From Candidatus Poribacteria bacterium (lineage in GTDB: Bacteria; Poribacteria; WGA-4E; WGA-3G): a DNA stretch of 64,000 nt. The notes beneath the pieces are model-generated. The model had not been told where the DNA came from, did no database searches, and saw nothing but the letters and a program-made list of their open reading frames with translations. Position 1 is the stretch's first letter; the number at the start of each line of letters is the position of its first letter. The translations under genes and the position numbers were made by a program. Of the stretch, positions 1 to 10,173 are shown one piece after another. The stretch lies in the NCBI GenBank assembly GCA_963663765.2, contig CAXXUA010000005.1, forward strand, positions 224,001 to 288,000, written 5' to 3'.

Positions 1-10
1 ACTCCATCTT

Positions 11-742
11 GTGGTGGGATCATTGCTTTTTTTAGTATTTTCTATGAGTCTTCTTGTTGTATCCACGGTATGTGCACAAGAAGTGTTTTTACAAACCGGG
101 TTTGAGAAAGACACGGTTGGAAATCCACCTAATGATTGGGAAGTACAAGCAGAGATGATGGAAGTGTCAACTGAAAAAGCAAAGACCGATAATAAATCTC
201 TCGCAATTTTAGGGGGTGCTAATGACGAAACTATTGGAGTGCTAATAGAAACTGACAATTCAATTATCTCCGTTGAATTTTGGGTTTATATTATGAGTGG
301 TGGTCGCTCGTTCAATTTCAAAGTCGTTTCATCTGATAATATTGGGATAAATGATGGTGGTGTATATATTAATTGGGACAATAACACAGTCCGACTCTTT
401 AACGGTGCTGCATGGGTGCATATTGACGATTTTGAAACGGATACCTGGAAATATGTGCGTGTTGTTGCAGATGTCAAAAAAAGTGAATTCGAGATGTATA
501 TTGGAAACGATAGAAACCAAGCTTTAAAAGATAGAGGACATGATGGACTTGCATTTAGGAATGCAGCCGTAAATCCAACTACGCAATGGGTGGCTTTTCA
601 TGTCTATGGGATCCTTTCACCGGGTTATGTAGATGATTTGCTGATTTATGAAGGGAGTGAACCTTTGAATCTTGATGTTGATCCGAAAGGAAAGTTGGCG
701 ACAACATGGGGAAATATCAAAAGCACCTCCGTACAGCAATAA
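11..742 (+). CDS. Secreted beta-sandwich (lectin/LamG-like) protein with C-terminal PxGKLxTTWxxIK tail
   Basis: Signal-peptide-like N-terminus (VCA-QE), beta-rich body, ends DVDPKGKLATTWGNIK. The start may lie slightly upstream or off the window edge. Confidence 0.7.
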   Translation: MVGSLLFLVFSMSLLVVSTVCAQEVFLQTGFEKDTVGNPPNDWEVQAEMMEVSTEKAKTDNKSLAILGGANDETIGVLIETDNSIISVEFWVYIMSGGRSFNFKVVSSDNIGINDGGVYINWDNNTVRLFNGAAWVHIDDFETDTWKYVRVVADVKKSEFEMYIGNDRNQALKDRGHDGLAFRNAAVNPTTQWVAFHVYGILSPGYVDDLLIYEGSEPLNLDVDPKGKLATTWGNIKSTSVQQ

Positions 743-778
743 GGTAACTCATTCAAACACAATTCCACATGAATTTAG

Positions 779-1603
779 GTGATGGCTATGGACGCTGGAA
801 ATGTGCATCTCACATCTGCACAAAGGTTACATTTTGATATTTATGGGTTTGTTCTGTTGGAGAACGTACTTACCACCGATGAAATTGAGCGAATGAAGAA
901 CGCGCTGTACAGAATTAAAGCATCTGAAAACCTTGATGGAACGAGGGTTTATTGCAATTGGCGTGGTGAACACCATGCACACATGGGAAATCTGGTAGAA
1001 TATGATCCTGCGCTGTTAGAATATGCTGCACACCCCAAACTTGTGCCGCTTGTGGAGGAGGTTGTTGGTGGAAAAGTGCGTCTTGAAGAGACAGAGGCAA
1101 TTATCAACCGAAGAAACCCGGATCATGCTTTAGAGGAACTTCATAAACGACGGTATAATCCCACGGGTTTTCATCGTGGTACTAAACACGGCTGGGGTAC
1201 CTATATTGAGCAGGACAAATTCCATTGTATCTTTGTGAAGACACTTGCATACTTGACTGATGTGGGACCTGATGATGGAGGAACGTGTGTAATTCCTGGC
1301 AGTCACCGCTTGACGTGGAATCAAAAGGAAATGGTTGAAGCTGCTCTCTCTGATGACAAACTCATCCATCAGGTTGAAGCGTCTGCAGGTTCTGTGCTAC
1401 TTTTTGCTGAGGCGCTCATTCACAGCACGACTGCCATACGTAGCGATAAAGAACGGGTTATCCTGATTGCGGGTTATACACCACCGATGGTGCGCGAATG
1501 GCCGGGTAACGAGGTGAGTCCGGAGTTTATTCAGACACTTCCTGAAGATATTCGTCCGCTAATCTCTGGTAGTGATAGTTGGCACTGGCAGCGTCGTTAT
1601 TGA
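779..1603 (+). CDS. Phytanoyl-CoA dioxygenase (PhyH) family 2OG-Fe(II) oxygenase
   Basis: F..YGFVLLENVL N-terminus; YLTDVGPDDGGTCVIPGSH; AGSVLLF..ALIH...R. Confidence 0.9.
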   Translation: MMAMDAGNVHLTSAQRLHFDIYGFVLLENVLTTDEIERMKNALYRIKASENLDGTRVYCNWRGEHHAHMGNLVEYDPALLEYAAHPKLVPLVEEVVGGKVRLEETEAIINRRNPDHALEELHKRRYNPTGFHRGTKHGWGTYIEQDKFHCIFVKTLAYLTDVGPDDGGTCVIPGSHRLTWNQKEMVEAALSDDKLIHQVEASAGSVLLFAEALIHSTTAIRSDKERVILIAGYTPPMVREWPGNEVSPEFIQTLPEDIRPLISGSDSWHWQRRY

Positions 1604-1691
1604 CACATCATAACACAATAAACAGAGTTGTAACTCATCCATACAATAATGGACATTTCTACAAGACCTTGTAATACCAAAATGCGACATG

Positions 1692-2127
1692 GTAGTAGGC
1701 ACACTCCGCGTGCCGTTTTTAGACTGAAACACGGAGAACCCACGGAGTGTACCTACTACTTTGCACTGATGCAATTATAACTAACTATTAGTAAAACTCA
1801 TTGACTTTCAATTTATTATAGTAAAATCCATAATTACATTGACACCTATGGTTCGGTTTCCTAACCGAACCATAGGTGTCAATGTATGAAAAAAGTGTTG
1901 GTGTTTCTCTTGTGGGAGGGGTTTTCAACCCCGATTTGAGAGGAAAAGCGCGTAAATTCGGGGTTGAAAACCCCTCCCACAAGAGGTCAAATCCTTAAAT
2001 TGAGGCTTATGGTTCGGTTTCCTAACCGAACCTGTATAAAACTGGCAGAATACGCGTATGATTTTCTGTATTGGTTAGAAACCGCACCTACCAGGGAGTG
2101 TAGACATATTTTTAGATTTCACTATAA
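1692..2127. repeat. Intergenic cluster of REP-like palindromes
   Basis: Hairpins at 1692-1759 (GTAGTAGG...CCTACTAC), 1835-1886 (perfect 24-bp stem, TCCT loop) and 1907-1985. Segment 1994-2127 recurs inverted at 62747-62879. Confidence 0.85.
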
Positions 2128-2167
2128 ACTAAAAAACCCTGCACAATGTATAACTACCATCAATGAA

Positions 2168-3679
2168 TTATGCTCCTGAAGTTCTTGGTGCAGGCAAAGA
2201 TTCTTTTCCCATTTCCGCGAACAGTAGTTTCATCACTAACTCTGCTTTTAATTCAGCATGATTGGGTGAATTCCATAGATTATTGATTTCATCTGGATCA
2301 TCATGCATGTCAAACAACTCACCATACTCCCGATTGTAGTAGACGGTAAGTTTATATCGGTCATCCACAAAAGTCTTTACGTGAACGGTTGTTGGTTCAT
2401 GGTGATTTTCAACGATGATATGGTCGCGCGCTTGGTCTTCCTGACCATACCAAACTGGTGTCTGATCTACACCAGTCATCTGTAGCGGGATGTCAATCCC
2501 TGCAGCACTGAGGAATGTAGGTGCTAAGTCTACTAATGTTTGTAATGCATCAGATTGTTTTCCTGCAGGAACTATCCCTGGATACTGAACGAGAAAAGGC
2601 ACGCGTATCACATCCTCGTAATGGAAAGCACCCTTTGCGATGAGTCCGTGTTGTCCATAGAAGTGTCCATGGTCGGAGGTGAAGACGACCAATGTGTTAT
2701 CGGCAAGACCGAGTTCATCAAGTTTTCCCATGATTTGCCCGATATACTTATCCATCAGACTGACCATACCGTAATAAACAGCAATATCCTTTGCGAGTTC
2801 ATCTCTATCCCGTAGATGCGACCTGAAACCGTGTACACCTTTTCCTGTTTCACGCCAATCGGAGAAATCTGGTTTGCGTTGTTGGGTCATCTGAAAATGT
2901 GGTGGGTTATTGTCATGCTCACCCTCTGTTACGGATGGCACCGTCAATGCTTCTGGGTCGTACATTGTGTCCCATGGTTCAGGTACAAGATATTTTGGGT
3001 GCGGATCGAAGAAACTTGCCCACAGGAAAAAGTTCTCTCCGTTCTGCTGATATTGTTCCATGAGTGCGTTTGTGCGTTCAGCGATCCATGTATCGTAGTG
3101 GTATTCTTCAGGGATTGGCCATTTTCTGTATTGTCCTTTGGCGTTGCCTGTTGGCGGAGAAAAATAGTCACGCCAATTGGTGCACCCCTTTTCTTCCATC
3201 CATATTGCGTAGTGTTGACCGACATGTGCTTCATCTGCGTGATTTCGTGCGAGTTCTACATGCTCAAATCCGTAAAACGGATCGCTGAAGTTTCTCCAGA
3301 AATCTAAGTCTTGTAAGATAGGATAGGATTCCAAAGATGGGAATTCATCTGAACCGCGTAAGGGTTGGAAATGTGCTTTACCAACTAACGCGGTTTTGTA
3401 GCCAGCATTCATGAAATCTTCACCGACGGTATGTTCATCTTCTAAGAGTTTTGTTCCGAGTGACCATGCACCGTGTTGACTAGGATATTTGCCCGTAATG
3501 ATGGATGCCCGGGTTGGTGTGCATGTTGGGTTTGGACAGTAGGCACGATGAAAAAGGGTGCCATCTTGCGCCATTGCATCTAAATGGGGTGTTTGTATCT
3601 CAGGATTTAGACATCCCAATGTGTTCCAATGTTGTTGGTCGCTTGTGATTAGCAATATGTTCGGTCTGGTGTTATCCAT
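2168..3679 (-). CDS. Cys-type formylglycine-dependent sulfatase (arylsulfatase A-like)
   Basis: RPNILLITSDQ; CTPTR (CxPxR) followed by ASIITG; GKAH; FTSDHG. Confidence 0.95.
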   Translation of the reverse strand: MDNTRPNILLITSDQQHWNTLGCLNPEIQTPHLDAMAQDGTLFHRAYCPNPTCTPTRASIITGKYPSQHGAWSLGTKLLEDEHTVGEDFMNAGYKTALVGKAHFQPLRGSDEFPSLESYPILQDLDFWRNFSDPFYGFEHVELARNHADEAHVGQHYAIWMEEKGCTNWRDYFSPPTGNAKGQYRKWPIPEEYHYDTWIAERTNALMEQYQQNGENFFLWASFFDPHPKYLVPEPWDTMYDPEALTVPSVTEGEHDNNPPHFQMTQQRKPDFSDWRETGKGVHGFRSHLRDRDELAKDIAVYYGMVSLMDKYIGQIMGKLDELGLADNTLVVFTSDHGHFYGQHGLIAKGAFHYEDVIRVPFLVQYPGIVPAGKQSDALQTLVDLAPTFLSAAGIDIPLQMTGVDQTPVWYGQEDQARDHIIVENHHEPTTVHVKTFVDDRYKLTVYYNREYGELFDMHDDPDEINNLWNSPNHAELKAELVMKLLFAEMGKESLPAPRTSGA

Positions 3680-3688
3680 ATATCTCCT

Positions 3689-4912
3689 TTATGCCTTTCG
3701 TAATATCAGTAAGTATTCTGATTTCATGCCATCGGGGTTCTTGTTTTTCCTTGCACCAAACAGTTGTCTTGTCTTTATTTTGTCTTCGTATATTTTCACA
3801 AATTTGTATCCGCGTTCAGTGAAATATTCCATTAGTATTCGCCAGATTTCTACCTTGAAACCATCAATTGAAGGGTTGCCTACGAAGATGCAGGTGTTTG
3901 CATTCGGTTTGAGGGAAGTCATAGCATTTTCAAGTGCGTTGATGGTATGGCAGAAATAGGAGTCTAATAAGTTATTAAGGTCTTTTCGTTCTAAAGCGGT
4001 TCTGATAGAATCTAATGTTTCTGTCTGAATGATTCTATGTGCTTTTCGGTATGGTATTTCAAGTCGTGCTAATTCTCTAATCTCCTTTTCGGAATAGCCT
4101 AACCAGAACAGGTCTATTTTTGCTGTTCGCATATATTCCTGTGCTTGGAGATATGGAGGAGATGTAATTAGTGCGTCACATGCACGATCAACTTGATAGT
4201 GTGATGAATCAACACCACCACTGTATTCAACTCTATTCTTATGTCTTGGTGTTATACTAATGAAGTTGTTGATGTCTCGTAAAGTCTTTAGGGATAGACT
4301 ATAGACCATATCCTTTAATTCATCTTTCCATTTTGTCTTTAGAAGTTCTTTTATGTAACTTAGTTTCCGTTTTGATCTGTATAGTTTTGGTATTCGGTGT
4401 TCTGCATAGGAGAAGTGTCTACTGGTTTTTAGCAAAGCGGATTCTATAATCTGTGAATAGGAATTCTGTTCAATGTTCTTGGCATATCCCCAATATTTTG
4501 TTAGTTTCTCCAACATTTCTTGTGGATACCAATAATCAACATTTGACCATTTTGGCATGTAATGAAGTGCAGATTTATCCATTCCTTCTAAGAGTTGGCA
4601 CAAACGTCCTTTATTCAGTCGTTCTTTATGTGGATATATTTTTAGTGGAATAATGTGATTCAAAAGCGGATTCAGGTCAAGTAATAATGCGTTGCGTTGA
4701 CACAAATAAGCCTCTAATCCAACTGTTCCGGACCCCGCAAACGGATCAATAATCCAGTCTTCTTCATTGGAGAAAGAGTTAATAGCATATCTAACGACTT
4801 GCGGTATAAACTTTGCGGGGTAATAGAAAATTGCATGTGTTAAATAACCCGTGTCATTGATTTCAGGAACTAATTCTCGGAATGAAACCAACTCACACTG
4901 TATTTGATGCAT
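3689..4912 (-). CDS. DNA amino-methyltransferase, probably N4-cytosine (SPPY)
   Basis: THAIFYYPAKF; motif I DPFAGSGT; motif IV ITSPPY. Confidence 0.85.
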   Translation of the reverse strand: MHQIQCELVSFRELVPEINDTGYLTHAIFYYPAKFIPQVVRYAINSFSNEEDWIIDPFAGSGTVGLEAYLCQRNALLLDLNPLLNHIIPLKIYPHKERLNKGRLCQLLEGMDKSALHYMPKWSNVDYWYPQEMLEKLTKYWGYAKNIEQNSYSQIIESALLKTSRHFSYAEHRIPKLYRSKRKLSYIKELLKTKWKDELKDMVYSLSLKTLRDINNFISITPRHKNRVEYSGGVDSSHYQVDRACDALITSPPYLQAQEYMRTAKIDLFWLGYSEKEIRELARLEIPYRKAHRIIQTETLDSIRTALERKDLNNLLDSYFCHTINALENAMTSLKPNANTCIFVGNPSIDGFKVEIWRILMEYFTERGYKFVKIYEDKIKTRQLFGARKNKNPDGMKSEYLLILRKA

Positions 4913-4955
4913 AGTAGTAACGTGTTCCTTCGCAAAAAAGCAATTCAGATACCGA

Positions 4956-6278
4956 CTATGTTTTATTTAGACAACACTGCTTGTATTTTCGTCCACTGCC
5001 ACACGGACAAGGTGAGTTTCGTCCAACTTTCTGTGATAGGGTTGTAACCGTTGGGGTTGTAACCGTTGGGGTTGTAACTATATTGGTTCTTCTCTTGCCT
5101 TGTCGCTTTTCCTGCAAGATTGGTATTATGCTATTAGCGGGTTTACCTGCTTGAAGTGCCTCCGCCATAAGTTTCATCGGTTCGTCAATGTGTTTAAAAA
5201 AATGTTTATATCCTTCGCAAAGGTAGTTAAGACCTTCTTCTCCATCAGGTGTTTTGATAATTCTGTTTTTTGGACAGCCTCCATTACAGACAAATTTGAC
5301 TTCGCATTTTTTGCAATATTCGGGTAGCGTGTCGCGTTTATCAGTGCCAAATTTTCGTTGAAACGGTGAATCTACCATGTCAGCAATTGAAGTTTCTTCA
5401 ATGTTGCCGATGAAGTATTCAGGAGTGACATAATGGTCGCAGGAATAAAGGTCACCGTTATGTTCAATTGCCATTGCATCGCCACATGTTTCGTTGAATA
5501 CACAGAGACTGGGGTTATATCCCAACCATGCTTCTAATGCGACATCAAAAATCTGGACGAATATTTTGCCGATGTCACTTACCACCCACTCATCAAAGAT
5601 AGTGGATAGGAATTTCCCGTATTGCTTTGCTGTGACAGAACGCGGGGACACATTTTCACCATCAAAATGCTCAACTGCTGGGATAAACTGCATAAACTCC
5701 ACACCAAGACCTTTGAAATATGAATACACCTCTTTAGGATAATCAGCATTGTGGTTGTTGACGACACATAGCACATTATAGTCTACCTTATGCTTCTGTA
5801 ATATCTCTAAACCACGTATTACCTGATGGGATGATGGACGTCCGCGTTTGTCGTATCTATATTTATCGTGTATTTCTGGTGGTCCGTCTATACTTATGCC
5901 TATTAGGAATTTGTTTTGTTTGAGGAATTGTCCCCATTCATCATCAAGTAGTGTCGCGTTAGTTTGGAATGTATTCTGTATCGTCATGCCGGGACGTCTA
6001 TATTTATATTGATAACGGACGGCTTGCCGGAAAAAATCCACCCCCATCAGCGTTGGTTCGCCGCCTTGCCACGCAAACGTCACTTCGTTTACCTGTTGTG
6101 CTTCAATGTATTGCTTGACGTAGTTTTCCAGAGTATCGTCTTGCATACGGAATGAAGAAGCTTTGGGATATAGTTTTTCTTTGTCCAGATAAAAGCAGTA
6201 TTCGCAATCTAAGTTGCAGATGGGTCCTATGGGTTTTGTCATGACATGAAATGCTCGTGGGGATTTGGCTTGAACCAT
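4956..6278 (-). CDS. Anaerobic sulfatase-maturating radical SAM/SPASM enzyme (AslB/ChuR-like) with C-terminal SEC-C motif
   Basis: CNLDCEYC; WQGGEPTL; SPASM cysteines (YSCDH, CKKCEVKFVCNGGCPK); GRNSPCPCGSGRKYKQCC. Confidence 0.95.
   Translation of the reverse strand: MVQAKSPRAFHVMTKPIGPICNLDCEYCFYLDKEKLYPKASSFRMQDDTLENYVKQYIEAQQVNEVTFAWQGGEPTLMGVDFFRQAVRYQYKYRRPGMTIQNTFQTNATLLDDEWGQFLKQNKFLIGISIDGPPEIHDKYRYDKRGRPSSHQVIRGLEILQKHKVDYNVLCVVNNHNADYPKEVYSYFKGLGVEFMQFIPAVEHFDGENVSPRSVTAKQYGKFLSTIFDEWVVSDIGKIFVQIFDVALEAWLGYNPSLCVFNETCGDAMAIEHNGDLYSCDHYVTPEYFIGNIEETSIADMVDSPFQRKFGTDKRDTLPEYCKKCEVKFVCNGGCPKNRIIKTPDGEEGLNYLCEGYKHFFKHIDEPMKLMAEALQAGKPANSIIPILQEKRQGKRRTNIVTTPTVTTPTVTTLSQKVGRNSPCPCGSGRKYKQCCLNKT
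5038..5078. repeat. In-frame 15-bp tandem repeat (VTTPT, about 2.5 copies) in the maturase linker
   Basis: gttgtaaccgttggg repeated. Confidence 0.85.
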
Positions 6279-6535
6279 TTAATATTCCTCCTGCATTGTA
6301 TTTAGGGATAAGTTTAGCACATTGTGCATGATTCCACAAGTTAAAAGTGAAACAGGGGCAGAGGTGTCTAAAGTTTTTGTTGCTTATCTGAACCAGAATT
6401 TTCAAATCAAGAAATCAACGGTATGAATGCGCCTATGGCATACCTCGTCTTCCGTTTCTGCATTAGTCCTAGCACATTTAAGTATGAAAGTTGAAAGTTT
6501 AGTGGAGCGTTAGTTGCAAGCGGTAGCGGCAGCAT

Positions 6536-8035
6536 TTATCTGACATCGCTGAATATACTCCTACTCTGGTTCTCACGAAAAGAGAGTATTTTCTTTATTT
6601 TTCCTGGTTGTGCCCAGTTGCATTTTCCTGAACCATTTAGTTGTTGCAACAGCACTTGAATTTTTGGTTTTTTTAGTGCGTTCATTATTCTATTTGCGTC
6701 ATTTTCAGACCAGCTGGGAATAAAGGCATGCATTGCTTGATTGCCTTGCCACATTTGTCCATTGATACTACTTAACACAATTGGGGTAAAATGGTTTTTT
6801 CCATAAGCTTGCCATATTACTTTGAAAGGTGCGAAAGCATAAGGTCCAACACCGAATAGTTCCCACCAATTGCCTCTTTTCATTATTGCTTGTAACAGTG
6901 TCCCTTTACGATTTTGTAGCATATTCTTGTATTTCTGCAGATAGCGCCATAATGCATCATATTTCTGAATCTGTTTCCAATCTAATGGTATTGCAGTCTC
7001 TTTCTCATAAGGCAGTAGTATCCATTTGTGTGGTGATTGTAATGGTTGTCGCCAGTTCTCCTTTGTTGCGAGTGGAAACAAAAATTCTTCAGGTAGATGT
7101 TTAGGTTTTTTGTCAAAGATAAAGACACTGTTTGCGCCGCAAGTGTTCACACCTTGTCGAGGTTTTTGGTCTTGGGTTAACACTATCTCAAGTGTCTCGT
7201 CAGTAATGATTTCATCAATGAGTTTGACGATCCGCCACGGGTCGGTCGGATTCTTGTATGGAATTGCTTTATGTTCTATCCATTTTCCCTTCAATTCTTT
7301 GAAATAGGATGCTGGGAATTTCTGTTTGGCATCAATTCGGAATTTTGCACAGCAGTAAGCGGTACTGACCCTATCAAACACTTTGGTTGTCGTAAATTCA
7401 TATACAGAATCTATTGCATACATTCTTTGATTTGCATGGTAGTTTCTAAATCCGTCATGTGCACCATCACCAAAGAATAAAGATGTGGGTAGATAGAAAT
7501 ATGCAGTTCCGTTCTTTTTCAGTAGTTTTCCTAACGTAACTTTCAGCACTAACGCTGCTATATCAACGCGAGAAGAACCTAACAACATGCGTTGCGTATC
7601 TTGAACAAGTCCCTCTTGAATGAAATAGGGTTTTAGTTGAGTTTTGTAACCATAGGGTAAATCACTAAAGTTTGCCCAGGGTGGATTTCCTATTAGGATG
7701 TCGTATTGCTTCTCATGCTTTTCTGTGATTATATCTTGACAGAATATATTATCATCAGGAAAGTCTTTTCCAAAATCTTGTCGGACTTTTCTTTTAAATT
7801 GATCCAGGTGAGATGGGATAACTTCAATAAGGGTTAGACGGGATAGGCGTTCTGTGGTAATGGAAACACGATTATTTTGCGCGATATTCAGCATTGCTAT
7901 GACGAATGCACCTTGTCCTGCTGTAGGGTCACATAAGTGTGCGCCATTTAACCATGCGTCAAAGATATTCCATTTATTGATGAGCCATTCTGCCCATTTG
8001 ATGGGTGTAAAGACTTGTCCAATTTGATTTTCCAT
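6536..8035 (-). CDS. N6-adenine DNA methyltransferase, gamma class (TaqI/Eco57I-like MTase plus TRD)
   Basis: GQVFTP; DPTAGQG; DILIGNPPW; C-terminal TRD-like region. Confidence 0.85.
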   Translation of the reverse strand: MENQIGQVFTPIKWAEWLINKWNIFDAWLNGAHLCDPTAGQGAFVIAMLNIAQNNRVSITTERLSRLTLIEVIPSHLDQFKRKVRQDFGKDFPDDNIFCQDIITEKHEKQYDILIGNPPWANFSDLPYGYKTQLKPYFIQEGLVQDTQRMLLGSSRVDIAALVLKVTLGKLLKKNGTAYFYLPTSLFFGDGAHDGFRNYHANQRMYAIDSVYEFTTTKVFDRVSTAYCCAKFRIDAKQKFPASYFKELKGKWIEHKAIPYKNPTDPWRIVKLIDEIITDETLEIVLTQDQKPRQGVNTCGANSVFIFDKKPKHLPEEFLFPLATKENWRQPLQSPHKWILLPYEKETAIPLDWKQIQKYDALWRYLQKYKNMLQNRKGTLLQAIMKRGNWWELFGVGPYAFAPFKVIWQAYGKNHFTPIVLSSINGQMWQGNQAMHAFIPSWSENDANRIMNALKKPKIQVLLQQLNGSGKCNWAQPGKIKKILSFRENQSRSIFSDVR

Positions 8036-8083
8036 TTGATTAGAGATTAGCAGTTTATTGTGCTTTTAGCAAGTTTTTTTCTT

Positions 8084-8245
8084 GTGTGTGAAGTTTTTTG
8101 CAATTGTCGGAATTGTTGGGATTGTCAGAATTGAGGATTACACTGATGATGCGGATTTCGCGGATTATTGCGTTGGTGTATTCTTAGGATCTCAGTTAAT
8201 TGTCTGAACAAGGATTTTCAGGATTTCCAGATTTACAGAATTATC
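8084..8245. repeat. Degenerate GGATT-periodic (about 9 nt) intergenic repeat
   Basis: tcagaattgaggattacactgat...gcggatttcgcggatt; tgtctgaacaaggattttcaggatttccagattt. Similar units occur at 28270-28400 and 60032-60182. Confidence 0.55.
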
Positions 8246-8400
8246 TTCTGCTGAAACTACAAGTCTGTTTTACAAATCCCACCTCACAAGAGTGTTAATT
8301 AACATTACATGTCACTGAATAATCAAAAAGTATTTGAAAATAGTAGTGAATTTGGATAAAATGACAACAGATTAATCAGGAGACAGCGAAAAAAGAAAAC

Positions 8401-9363
8401 ATGCCACAAAAAACTGGATTTGTTTATCACCCAGATTACTTGAAGCACGACACTGGTCCGGAACATCCTGAGCGACCAGACCGTTTGAGGGCAAGCCTTG
8501 CTGCTCTCAAACAAAGTGATGTTTGGAATCAATTGCTACACATTGACCCTTCCCCCGCAAGTGTTGAACAGATTGCTTATGCACACAATCAAGGATATAG
8601 CGAACACATACGCCAATTTTGCGAAGCAGAAGTTCCCTTGACTCATGACACCCCAGTTTGTCATGAGTCCTATGATATTGCATTACTTTCAACAGGTGGC
8701 GTGTTGTGTGCTGCGGATGCGATTGTGACAAAGAAGGTGCCAAATGCTTTTGCGATGGTGCGTCCACCCGGACATCATGCAACTCCTGGACATAGTATGG
8801 GGTTCTGTCTGTTCAATAACATTGCGATTGCTGCCCGTTATCTGCAAAGAGAACATGGTGTTGGAAAGGTCGTAATTATTGATTGGGATGTACATCACGG
8901 TAACGGTACGCAAGACATTTTTTACGAAGACGAATCGGTTTTCTTCATCTCTATTCATCAATCACCTCTTTATCCTGGTACTGGTTCTCAACATGAAAAA
9001 GGTGAAGGCAAAGCACGTGGAACTACTTTGAATATCCCACTGCCGCCAGGGTGTGGTGATGAGGACTATACCTCAATTTTTAGCGAAGTGCTTATGCCTG
9101 CGATACAAGATTTCTCTCCTGAGTTTGTGCTAATTTCTGCTGGTTTTGATGCGCACTACCTTGACCCGCTTGCGAATATCAATCTCACTGCAGAGGGGTT
9201 TGCGACTCTCACCGATTTGGTGCTTGATGTAGCGGATGAGATTGCTTCTGGCAATGTTGTATCTGCTTTAGAGGGTGGTTATAGTTTGGAGGGAATCTCT
9301 GAATCTGTTGTGGCGCATGTGGAACGTTTGGTCGAAAGAAGTGATCAGAGAAAATCACAATAA
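8401..9363 (+). CDS. Histone deacetylase family (AcuC/APAH-like) Zn-dependent deacylase
   Basis: HPERPDR; RPPGHHA; GFCLFNN; DWDVHHGNGTQ; SAGFDAH; LEGGY. Confidence 0.95.
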   Translation: MPQKTGFVYHPDYLKHDTGPEHPERPDRLRASLAALKQSDVWNQLLHIDPSPASVEQIAYAHNQGYSEHIRQFCEAEVPLTHDTPVCHESYDIALLSTGGVLCAADAIVTKKVPNAFAMVRPPGHHATPGHSMGFCLFNNIAIAARYLQREHGVGKVVIIDWDVHHGNGTQDIFYEDESVFFISIHQSPLYPGTGSQHEKGEGKARGTTLNIPLPPGCGDEDYTSIFSEVLMPAIQDFSPEFVLISAGFDAHYLDPLANINLTAEGFATLTDLVLDVADEIASGNVVSALEGGYSLEGISESVVAHVERLVERSDQRKSQ

Positions 9364-9404
9364 ACCGACATCGTTGTTATAATTGCTTCAGGTCAGAGAA
9401 GTTC

Positions 9405-10106
9405 TTACACCTTTACCCCTACATGAATAGCAACAATTCCCAGCGTCTTCCGAAAATATTGCACATCCATCAATCCACACTCTTCCATCGCCTGTTTTAA
9501 GGCATCGCAGTCGGGAAACTGCATGACAGAACGTGGAAGATACCCATAAGCATCGTCCTTGCTGCGCGATATGCAATTCCCAATGAATGGTAGCATTTTC
9601 GTAAAATAGAAATAGTAAATGCTACGAAACACCGGATTGATAGGTTGGGTAAACTCTAATATTGCGATTCTTCCACCCGGAACAGCGACGCGTGTCATTT
9701 CTTTTATACCCAATTTCAAATCGGAGACATTTCGTATTCCAAATCCCACTGAGATGATGTCAAAAGTGTTATCTTGAAAAGGCAGTGTAAGTGTGTCGGC
9801 TTCAATCGGTATGAATGCGTGCTGACGATTTTGCTGTCCCACCTTATCCTTTCCAACAACTAACATCTCATAACAGAAGTCTGAACCGATGACAGAATTA
9901 CTGGGTGCAATTTTCTCGGCATAAGCAAGTGCAAGTTCCCCTGTTCCTGTGCAGACATCAAGCACCTTGCTTGTTGGTTTAACACTGCTTACTTTGACAG
10001 TTTCTCGTCTCCACTTTCGGTCAAACCTTAGGCTTAGCAGTGAGTTTAGGAAATCGTAGTGTCGAGCGATTGCAGAGAATAGGTTTTTTATACGGTATGC
10101 CTGCAT
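9405..10106 (-). CDS. ubiE: Demethylmenaquinone/ubiquinone C-methyltransferase UbiE/MenG
   Basis: FSAIARHYDFLN; LDVCTGTG; LPFQDNTFD; GFGIRNV; ILEF. Confidence 0.9.
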   Translation of the reverse strand: MQAYRIKNLFSAIARHYDFLNSLLSLRFDRKWRRETVKVSSVKPTSKVLDVCTGTGELALAYAEKIAPSNSVIGSDFCYEMLVVGKDKVGQQNRQHAFIPIEADTLTLPFQDNTFDIISVGFGIRNVSDLKLGIKEMTRVAVPGGRIAILEFTQPINPVFRSIYYFYFTKMLPFIGNCISRSKDDAYGYLPRSVMQFPDCDALKQAMEECGLMDVQYFRKTLGIVAIHVGVKV

Positions 10107-10173
10107 AATGGTCTTTGCCGAGTCATCTCAAGATATATCTTATCATACGGGAAATCCTTGTTCAGACAATTAT

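Noticed and set aside
1559-2179. Short ORFs 1559-1774, 1788-1982 and 1964-2179
   Set aside because: They are translations of palindromic repeat DNA; the same KTPPTR peptide appears on both strands.
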